This document shows, piece by piece, positions 56,195-63,548 of a stretch of 64,000 bases of DNA. Position 1 is the stretch's first letter; the number at the start of each line of letters is the position of its first letter. A program made the position numbers and the translations under genes. The stretch is from a virus (lineage: Duplodnaviria; Caudoviricetes): IMG/VR virus record IMGVR_UViG_3300020192_000279, positions 43,016 through 107,015 of that record. One strand, 5' to 3'. Below the pieces are notes generated by a model. The model was not told where the DNA came from. It made no database searches and saw nothing but the letters and a program-made list of their open reading frames with translations.

Positions 56195-57267
56195 CAGTCG
56201 TCCTTGTTTCGACAGGCGGTGAGGTCAGATTGGAATTTACCAGTGAGCAACAGATTGCGGCCAGTCAAGCACACAGCAATGACACGTCGCGGATCGGTAT
56301 TCTGTTCAACGTCCATGCAGTAGCGAATCGCAGGCTCAATCCATGCGACATCACCATTGATAGATTCAACTTCACGATTAAGAATTAGCCGCAAAATTGC
56401 TTCGTTAGGACGCGGACAGTAAATACTGTGAGAGAAACGTGACGCCATTGCCCCTTCGTGACGTGACTTGAAAAGATCAAGGTCATTCACGGTCGCGACG
56501 CAGACGAACGGCACCTTGCGGTAGTAGCTACCACGAGCAGTCACCTTGCGAATTTCCGCTCGACCATCAAGAGCGGACAGTAGCCACATGAAAGCTTGAT
56601 CCGGCACCTTTTCGATCTCTTCAATCACGAGAAGGGGCGGAACAACGTCGGCATCCATGATTGCGGCAATAGCACCAGCAGCCGTAGTCTGAGTGCCGTC
56701 GAATTCGATACAGCCCTCGACCCCCACCATATTCTTGACACCACCCAGAAGATCACTCTTGCCGCATCCGGGCTTGCCGTGCAAGACAGCGTGATAACGT
56801 TTCGTGTAATTGGTATCTTTGGCGGTTTGCAACGACGCCAGAACAATGTCGATTTGCGGATCGAGACCGTACAAGTGATCGAAGTGCGTACCACGTTCGA
56901 TCGTGACTTCCGCAATCACGTCAGTTTCATCGAACACTTCGAGATTGGGGCCGGTGGGCTTATGACCGCCCAGTATGCTCCACTTGCCCTTATTGCCAGC
57001 ACACTTGAAAATGGCGTCCTTGACACCATTGAATTGTTTGGCCGGGTCGCCGCGACCAATGTGCTCGAATTCAAGTTCGACGCTGTAATGCCATTCACCT
57101 TCAACCAAAACAGGCACGATATCGTCTGGCAGTTCGGTTGACAGACGGAATTGTTTGCCTCGTGAGGCCGCGAGAGCACGATCCACGATCTCGTCTACCT
57201 GACGACGTGTAATCGAGACGTTCGAGCGACGTTGGGCTTTGCGTTCGATGGTGATCTTGTGACTCAT
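56194..57267 (-). CDS. AAA+ ATPase, leaderless
   Basis: GKPGCGKS, IEEIEK, ATVN, SRF; promoter TTGACA-N17-TACAAT-N6-ATG. Confidence 0.85.
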   Translation of the reverse strand: MSHKITIERKAQRRSNVSITRRQVDEIVDRALAASRGKQFRLSTELPDDIVPVLVEGEWHYSVELEFEHIGRGDPAKQFNGVKDAIFKCAGNKGKWSILGGHKPTGPNLEVFDETDVIAEVTIERGTHFDHLYGLDPQIDIVLASLQTAKDTNYTKRYHAVLHGKPGCGKSDLLGGVKNMVGVEGCIEFDGTQTTAAGAIAAIMDADVVPPLLVIEEIEKVPDQAFMWLLSALDGRAEIRKVTARGSYYRKVPFVCVATVNDLDLFKSRHEGAMASRFSHSIYCPRPNEAILRLILNREVESINGDVAWIEPAIRYCMDVEQNTDPRRVIAVCLTGRNLLLTGKFQSDLTACRNKDD

Positions 57268-57613
57268 GCCTCTATTGTACCCACTAAACAGCTATTTGTC
57301 AAGTGACTTCCATAAAACGCAGCGACCTAAGAAATAAGCCACTGCGATCAACATGAAGTAGTGTTCACATAGCACGAAAAAGAGAGTAGTGATGGGCAGT
57401 AGAAACATACATACGCTTAACACGATGGAGCCGAGCAGAAGACTCAGGGCGTGGTGCTTCACTTCACTGTCACCATAGCATTTTGAGGCACGAAAACGAT
57501 ACAATTATTGGTTTCAAGACAGAAGACCTTGGCTTGAGGTCCACCGTACAATTTCAAGAACGTCTTGCCGTCATAAGTAAACCACGTTGCGTTTCTTAGA
57601 GACCAAAAGAACT

Positions 57614-57862
57614 TCATACTGCGTAGAAAACAAGGTCTTCTTGTTTCTCGTCCCAGGACATATTCACTAACCCAAGCTCAACCAGACGCATAAGATCTTC
57701 GCTAATCGCCAGAGTATTAATCTCTGTAAGAAGCTGGTCGTCTGTGAAGTAATCTGGCATTCGCGAGATAGCCAATATAGTAATGTACTCGGAGTATTCG
57801 CCGTCAACTGAGACACGTGAGCACTCTTCAAGAGGCTTGAAATAGTCAGATTTATTGTGCAT
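57614..57862 (-). CDS. Hypothetical protein
   Basis: AGGAG RBS before MHNKS. Confidence 0.5.
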   Translation of the reverse strand: MHNKSDYFKPLEECSRVSVDGEYSEYITILAISRMPDYFTDDQLLTEINTLAISEDLMRLVELGLVNMSWDEKQEDLVFYAV

Positions 57863-58047
57863 AATTTCTCCTAAACAGTTTGTCGATTTCAAAACATTCG
57901 GCGTTCGTCTTTTTGTTTCGAGGACCAAAAACGACAGTGATAAAGGCCAGTCTACATCCCTTAAAGTCTGCGTGCCACCACAGATGCCAGCCATCATAAC
58001 GATGCGTCGCTAGATTTAGCCACCATCGACGTGTATGTGCGTTCAGA

Positions 58048-58623
58048 TCAAGCATAGCCGGTAATCGTATTAATGATGCGGACGGCAGTTTCCTCGTCGT
58101 TATCTTTAAGGATGCGGACGGCCATTTTGTGGTACCTGGAACGTTTAATGCCTACGTGTTTCCAGTCCCAAACCTCGTCCTTCTTGATGGTCGTAGCCTT
58201 CTTGGTTCCGCACACACATTCTTCTCGCTTGAAGATGGTGCGTTTGCCAAGTGCTTCGTAGAGGCGTTTTGCCATAGACAAAACTAACTCCTCTTTTTCT
58301 TTTTCAAGCGATTCAGACGTAAAGTGAACTTGCGATACGTCTACACCCTTAGCGTGTAAGTCTCGAAGATAGCGACCTAAGCGAGACCTCTTTCCGCAGT
58401 AACGGAAGTCGAATTCATTGAGGCTAATCTTAGCATTTTTGTCATGCACGACCACAACGCCTAACTGTTTCCATTGGTGACGTTCGCCATAGTGGATAAA
58501 CGTTGCCTGCATTGATGGCGACGCATTAGTCGGTACTGGCACTGGTGGCAAATTACGATTAAAGTTTCGAAGTCCCGCTTGGGCTGTGAAAACGTTCAAT
58601 CGTTTAGGGTTTAAGTGTGTCAT
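58048..58623 (-). CDS. Basic hypothetical protein
   Basis: 191-aa ORF. Confidence 0.55.
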   Translation of the reverse strand: MTHLNPKRLNVFTAQAGLRNFNRNLPPVPVPTNASPSMQATFIHYGERHQWKQLGVVVVHDKNAKISLNEFDFRYCGKRSRLGRYLRDLHAKGVDVSQVHFTSESLEKEKEELVLSMAKRLYEALGKRTIFKREECVCGTKKATTIKKDEVWDWKHVGIKRSRYHKMAVRILKDNDEETAVRIINTITGYA

Positions 58624-59003
58624 GATTGGTAATATTAGCGGTAACGATTGTCACTTTTGCTGTCACAAAAACATAATCACTTTTGTAACGACGTATGTTA
58701 ATCTTCCAGGTCTTCGCCATATTGGGCGAACGGCAGAGGCGTAGGTTTGGGTGTTGCGGTCGGCCACATTTTCTTGACACCCTTAACGACTAAGCCGCCA
58801 ACAATGAGACCGCCAAAGATGACGGGGCACACCACACACATTCACTCACCATCCTTTTCGAGTTGTTCGATTACCCAGATTATCATCTTAAGTTCGGCTT
58901 CTAATATTAGACTCTGTCGTTCAATTAGGGCTCGTTTAGCTCGAAACTGTTCGATTCGGGCCTGTAGCTTAGTTTGCATATCTCAGGATACCCCATCTAG
59001 TGG

Positions 59004-59252
59004 CTAAGTCAAGTTCTTTTCAAGTTCCTTACGCAGAGCCTCCACACACTTATCACAAACCTTACCAGAGACATTATTGAGGCGACCGAGGTCGATACCC
59101 ATGAGTTTGGTGCCGCAAATGGCGATTGTGCCTTCCTTGGCGGGTTTATCCCCGTTGCGGATGATGTGGGCCAGCGGAGGCCAGCAGGACGGAACCTCGT
59201 CCACCATGGGTTCGATTACGGGCTCAGTCAGTGTTTCTTTTATCATTTTCAA
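59004..59252 (-). CDS. DUF3039-like Zn-binding protein
   Basis: H......AICG......C..C. Confidence 0.5.
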   Translation of the reverse strand: MKMIKETLTEPVIEPMVDEVPSCWPPLAHIIRNGDKPAKEGTIAICGTKLMGIDLGRLNNVSGKVCDKCVEALRKELEKNLT

Positions 59253-59736
59253 GCTCTTTCAGAACTGCCCTTAATAGAGTCATATGACCAATAAGAGTAG
59301 TTATGACTGTGGGATTGTCATAGTACATATTCATGATGAGTTCGATGGCGGGAATCGAGTTACGGACCTTAGTGACTAAATTGTCTTCCTTGGTATTACT
59401 CATTTTCATTTTCAAGCTACTCCAAAACCATAGTCAATGTCAATGTACAGATCCTCGTGCGTATTCGCTTTGGGGCGACGCTCATTAGGGTCTATCTTAG
59501 CCGATCCTTTTCTTTTCGTTATAGTTTTTGTTTTCCTGTGCTCACACACAAACACTAACAAAGCTCATTCTCCGCCGGGCAGATTCTTGCAATGGCTCGA
59601 AACGGAATTCTCCAGGATGTCGGCTCGCCCACAAGCACTTCGGCCCCGACCGTGTGTTATCGGACCTCCCTCGCCTGAGTGCGTTTTGCGATCGTGCAGA
59701 TACAAAAAAACACGGCCAGCGTTTGCTTGAAATAGA

Positions 59737-59877
59737 TCAGCTAGCGTCCCTGGACGCAGCTTCCAGCCAACCAGCCTCCCAATCGTCGTGGTCGCTAGTA
59801 CCTTCTCGATACGGGTTATCCTGTAGCCCCTCACCGTCACAGTACGCATCGTAGCCTTCGTCGTATTCTGAACTCAT
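59737..59877 (-). CDS. Acidic Rmf/CrpP-fold peptide, leaderless
   Basis: Y.EGY.AY..G....NPY.......W..GW. Confidence 0.65.
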   Translation of the reverse strand: MSSEYDEGYDAYCDGEGLQDNPYREGTSDHDDWEAGWLEAASRDAS

Positions 59878-59935
59878 GTTTGCATGATAATACTTTTTCG
59901 AGCTATTGTCAAGAAGTTCTTGAAAAAGAAAAAAG

Positions 59936-60030
59936 TGGTTGCACACCTACCCTCTTGAGTGTACTATCTCGTGTCGTCGGGGTGATATCCTGTAATGGGG
60001 CACCTTGGGCGACACGATCTTTTGAATGCA
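59936..60030 (-). ncRNA. Candidate CCA-ended structured RNA
   Basis: TGCATTC/GTGTGCA-A-CCA, 8-bp inner stem, U tract downstream. Confidence 0.4.
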
Positions 60031-60164
60031 GGAGCCCAGCTAGGGCTCGCAAGATAGGTGTCCGCAAACCCCAATCCGGCGGTTTGGCACAATCCAGCAA
60101 ATTGTGGCGTTTTGCGTGTAAACGCTATACGTCTGTTGCCCGTCCTGCACTTTTCAAGGAATAG

Positions 60165-60192
60165 CTTGACATTACGAGGAATCGTGATATGA
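60165..60192 (+). promoter_or_regulatory. Promoter for tRNA-Met
   Basis: TTGACA-N16-TATGAT. Confidence 0.7.
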
Positions 60193-60278
60193 TAGAAGTG
60201 CCAGACTGATGGCTTGAAAAAGTCACCACCTAACTATGCGATTGCCAGTATCGTCAAACTGGTGACAACTTGAAACAC

Positions 60279-60357
60279 TGCGGAGTAGAGAAGCCTGGTT
60301 GTTCTCGTCTGCCTCATAAGCAGAAGATCGTGGGTTCAAATCCCACCTCCGCTACCA
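60279..60357 (+). tRNA. tRNA-Met(CAT), initiator-like
   Basis: U1xU72 mismatch, A11-U24, CTCATAA loop, CCA. Confidence 0.9.
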
Positions 60358-60479
60358 TCTAACTTAGAAATTGGGCCATGTAAAGAAGCGGATAAAGCCT
60401 ACTGACCGTCAAGCCTCAGTAGCCACAAAACCGCAGCCAGTGACGGCTGGAAACGATCAATATAAGATCGTGCCCAACG

Positions 60480-60513
60480 GAGACATCGGGGGTCAAACCC
60501 TGGTGTCTCTTTT
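60480..60513 (+). terminator. Rho-independent terminator
   Basis: GAGACATCGGG...CCTGGTGTCTC-TTTT. Confidence 0.75.
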
Positions 60514-60828
60514 CGTTTGCTTTGTAGCTCGAAAAGGTAGAGTTACTAAGGGAACTATATGCCGCTGGCGTCTCTTCGACACGAACGCTTGGTATTCCTA
60601 AACCAACGGCGTTAGGCATATTAGAGACCGGGGGTCGAGAAAATGGGGTAATAGATATTCCCCTGGGAGTACCGGGGTACGTAAAAAATACGTCTAAGAC
60701 TTAAAAATGAAATTCTGAATAGACATGAGAGAAAACTCTGGAAGTCTGTACAATTCGCTTACTTAGCGTTTCCCAGAAATTTCAGCGGCTTCGTCACCGT
60801 CCTTACTAGTGGCTTGAAAAGGAAGAAC

Positions 60829-60892
60829 TGGGGGCGGGCGTGCTCAACTCCTATCCCCATAGGAGGAGCACCACCCGTCGCCGTGGCCCGCC
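60829..60892 (-). ncRNA. CCA-ended acceptor-stem RNA, copy 1
   Basis: GGCGGGC...GCCCGCC-C-CCA with long inner hairpin. Confidence 0.55.
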
Positions 60893-61144
60893 TTCGCACA
60901 CCCTATCTTACTTCATTTCAAGCACACCGGGTGTCTTGAAGTAGTCTTTTTGGTAAGTGTCCCTAGTAAGTATGGGGTGTGTTTCTTGAAAAGGCTGGAA
61001 GCCTGAGCATCGTCATTACTAGCAATCCCCAGAACTCTGGAAGCTTCGCTACCGTCCTTACTATGCGGCGATCCCAAAAACTCTGGCAGTCTGTACAATC
61101 GCCTTACTAGTGTCTAAAGCAGAAGTGGCTTGAAAAGGAAGAAC

Positions 61145-61215
61145 TGGGGGCGGGCGTGCTCAACTCCTATCCCCATAGGAGGAGCACCACCCGTCGCCGT
61201 GGCCCTTGGCCCGCC
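61145..61215 (-). ncRNA. CCA-ended acceptor-stem RNA, copy 2
   Basis: Same fold; promoter TTGACA-N16-TAAGAT at 61256-61229. Confidence 0.6.
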
Positions 61216-61425
61216 TTCGCAACACCCTATCTTACTTCATTTTCAAGCGATGTCAACAAGGATCCACGATTTTCGTCCCTGATGTCGGATCTTCCAGGGC
61301 GACCGTATCTCGTTGACAGTTACATGTTATCATCGTTTTCAAGCGATGTCAAACAGCCTATATGTTTTATGCTTACATGGTTTTGTCGGTTTGACAAGTA
61401 AAATCATGGATTTATCAGAAACTGT

Positions 61426-61502
61426 TGGAGCGGGTCTCTCCCCGCGTCAAGTCTAGTTACCGAGCCCTTCGGCATGGCGACGCGACTTTCCGTTTGAACC
61501 GC
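61426..61502 (-). ncRNA. CCA-ended RNA with Gly-type acceptor
   Basis: GCGGTTC/GACCCGC-T-CCA; inner CGCGTC/GACGCG stem. Confidence 0.55.
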
Positions 61503-61531
61503 TTGTTACGGAACCGCAACAGAGAGGCAGA

Positions 61532-61627
61532 TGGATGCCCTGAAAGGATTTACACCTAAGTCTTTCGCACTATTTCCTAGGACTGCGTGCGGCTGTTCTG
61601 TTTCTTGTGTTTTTGAACTACAGGGCG
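61532..61627 (-). ncRNA. Expanded tRNA-like RNA with CCA
   Basis: GCCCTG/CAGGGC, TA-GTTC..GAAC D stem, T-like loop, promoter TTGACT-N16-TATGAT directly upstream. Confidence 0.65.
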
Positions 61628-61769
61628 GACATATCATACCATCGTTTTCAAGATAGTCAAGCGGAACGCTTGAAAAAGAAATCGCCCGTCTCGTTTGACA
61701 TTCCCACGGATCGGCGTATCATATGGAGTACCGCCAATCGGCACGAACCAACAACAACGGAGAATCGAC

Positions 61770-62654
61770 ATGATGCAAGCAACGACCGACTTCCTGAACC
61801 GCGAGGGTATGAACTACAGCGTGCAGGCCATGCTGGCACCGCACCCCGTGCATCGTGATCAGAACGTCGAGGGACAGTACCACCTCGTTCGCTCTACGGA
61901 CAATGTCGTGATCTCGCCGAAAACGGTCTCGAAAAAGTACGTCGCGACGTGCCCGATCGACATGATCGCCCCGATCGCCCCTCTGATCGCCGAGGGCTGG
62001 GTGACGCCGGAGCGAGGCTTCATGCTCTCCGGCGGGTCGCACGAGATGCTGGTGTTCAAGATCGACGGCGGCAAGCTCGACAACAGCGGCAAGGTCGACG
62101 GTGAGGATTGGGACCACTTTTTCCAGCTTCACAACTTCCAGGGGTCCGGATCGTTCTTCGGCTCGCTCTTCGCCCGCCGTCAGATCTGCTCGAACGGTGC
62201 CGTTCGCATCGTGAGCAAGGGTAACGGGTTCCGTCTCCGCCACATGGGAGCCCTTCAAGCGAAGTACGAGGATGCCATGCGAACGTGGGAAGATATCCAG
62301 GTCGAGATCCGCAAGCTCTCGAAGCGGATGACGGTCTGGAATGGTCAGACGCTGACCTACTCCGAAGCCGTCGCCCTCTTCCACATGATTTACGATGTCG
62401 AGGATCCGAACGACATCGCGACGCGGACGGAAAACGAACTCAACTTCGCGATCAGCGAGTTCTCGAATCCGGGCCGTGGCACCTACGGCAAGACCGTTGC
62501 GGATGTCTACAACGCGATCACGGCGACGAACACGCACTATGCTCCCAAGAGTAGCCGCGAGACGGAAACGAAGCGTATGTCGAGCCTCTTCAATCCGAAC
62601 GGTTCGCGGAACCTTCTCGAAGGTCGGGCAATCGAAGTGCTGTCGAGCCTCTGA
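61770..62654 (+). CDS. DUF932/DUF945-like early protein
   Basis: VR.TD, VS..Y, N...G.GS, R.IC.NG, RH, YNAIT...H; promoter at 61695. Confidence 0.7.
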   Translation: MMQATTDFLNREGMNYSVQAMLAPHPVHRDQNVEGQYHLVRSTDNVVISPKTVSKKYVATCPIDMIAPIAPLIAEGWVTPERGFMLSGGSHEMLVFKIDGGKLDNSGKVDGEDWDHFFQLHNFQGSGSFFGSLFARRQICSNGAVRIVSKGNGFRLRHMGALQAKYEDAMRTWEDIQVEIRKLSKRMTVWNGQTLTYSEAVALFHMIYDVEDPNDIATRTENELNFAISEFSNPGRGTYGKTVADVYNAITATNTHYAPKSSRETETKRMSSLFNPNGSRNLLEGRAIEVLSSL

Positions 62655-62661
62655 TTAGCCT

Positions 62662-62692
62662 CGGGGTGGCGGTTGACAAGACCGCCACTCCG
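62662..62692 (+). promoter_or_regulatory. Hairpin with -35 box in loop; promoter TTGACA-N17-TATACT
   Basis: CGGGGTGGCGGT-TGACAAG-ACCGCCACTCCG. Confidence 0.7.
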
Positions 62693-62954
62693 GACTATAC
62701 TCTAACCTCATGGCACATCGCTGGGATCGTGAATATAATCGGGCTTCTCGACCTCCGCCCGACCTCATTGGTGACGCCAAAGGCGTTCTCACGGAATGGG
62801 TTATCTTGGCACTAGGGGCCGCATTACTGGGGTGCTTCATCAAGTTTATGGGATGGAACACGGACGACTGACCTAGGGGGCGGCTCAAAAGAGCCGCCCC
62901 CAATTCTTGAAAAGGAGTTGACAGCCGACACTTTCAAGGGTATGATTGGTCACT

Positions 62955-63143
62955 ATGAAGGACAGCATGATCTTGAACACTTTCCTTGGCGTGATTCTCG
63001 CCCTCGCCCTTGGCATCTTGATCGGTATCGTCTGCGGAGTGGAGCGAGTGCAGAAGCAGGCGGTGGCTAACGGTGCAGGCCATTGGGTCGGCATGGGTCC
63101 GAATAGTAGTGAATTCGCGTGGGGCACAGCCCCTCGCAACTGA
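62955..63143 (+). CDS. Small membrane protein
   Basis: TM helix; promoter TTGACA-N17-TATGAT. Confidence 0.6.
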   Translation: MKDSMILNTFLGVILALALGILIGIVCGVERVQKQAVANGAGHWVGMGPNSSEFAWGTAPRN

Positions 63144-63208
63144 AAAGCGGTCGCGATTGCAATTGTGAACGCTTAGGGGGCAAGCCTAATAAGCCCAACC
63201 CCGCCGGT

Positions 63209-63240
63209 AAGGGTCGGAACATATGTTCCGGCCCTTTTTT
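63209..63240 (+). terminator. Rho-independent terminator
   Basis: AAGGGTCGGAACA-TA-TGTTCCGGCCCTT-TTTT. Confidence 0.8.
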
Positions 63241-63548
63241 CGTATCTATACGGCTGCCATTTTGGCAGCCATAATCCTACGGTGGCCCCCGGTCCTCCAC
63301 CATGACGCTGAACTATATCACACGAAACGTGTTACGTCAAGTGGAATCTTCTTCCGCTTTTCTGTCCGATGCACTGTAAAATGAAGCCGCAAACGGCCCT
63401 GGGAGCCCGCAGGCTGCACGATTGACCCCCTCCCCCGCATGGCCTTCTATCTAGGGCGAGCGTGCTATTGGCACGCAACGTACCAGGGCTCCACGGGGCA
63501 AACTTAGTTTTTCTCTTGCTTTTTCGCACTTATAGGGTATCCTAGGAC

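Larger units (their letters stand above)
60808..61248. repeat. About 116-bp direct repeat, two copies (60808-60923 and 61124-61248)
   Basis: Near-identical; copy 2 carries a 7-nt duplication. Confidence 0.9.

Noticed and set aside
60440-60477. Hammerhead ribozyme or retron ncRNA
   Set aside because: No CUGANGA core or UH site; no reverse transcriptase in the window
59909-61401. Short ORFs in the 60-61.4 kb island
   Set aside because: No RBS or leaderless context, and they overlap repeats and RNA structures
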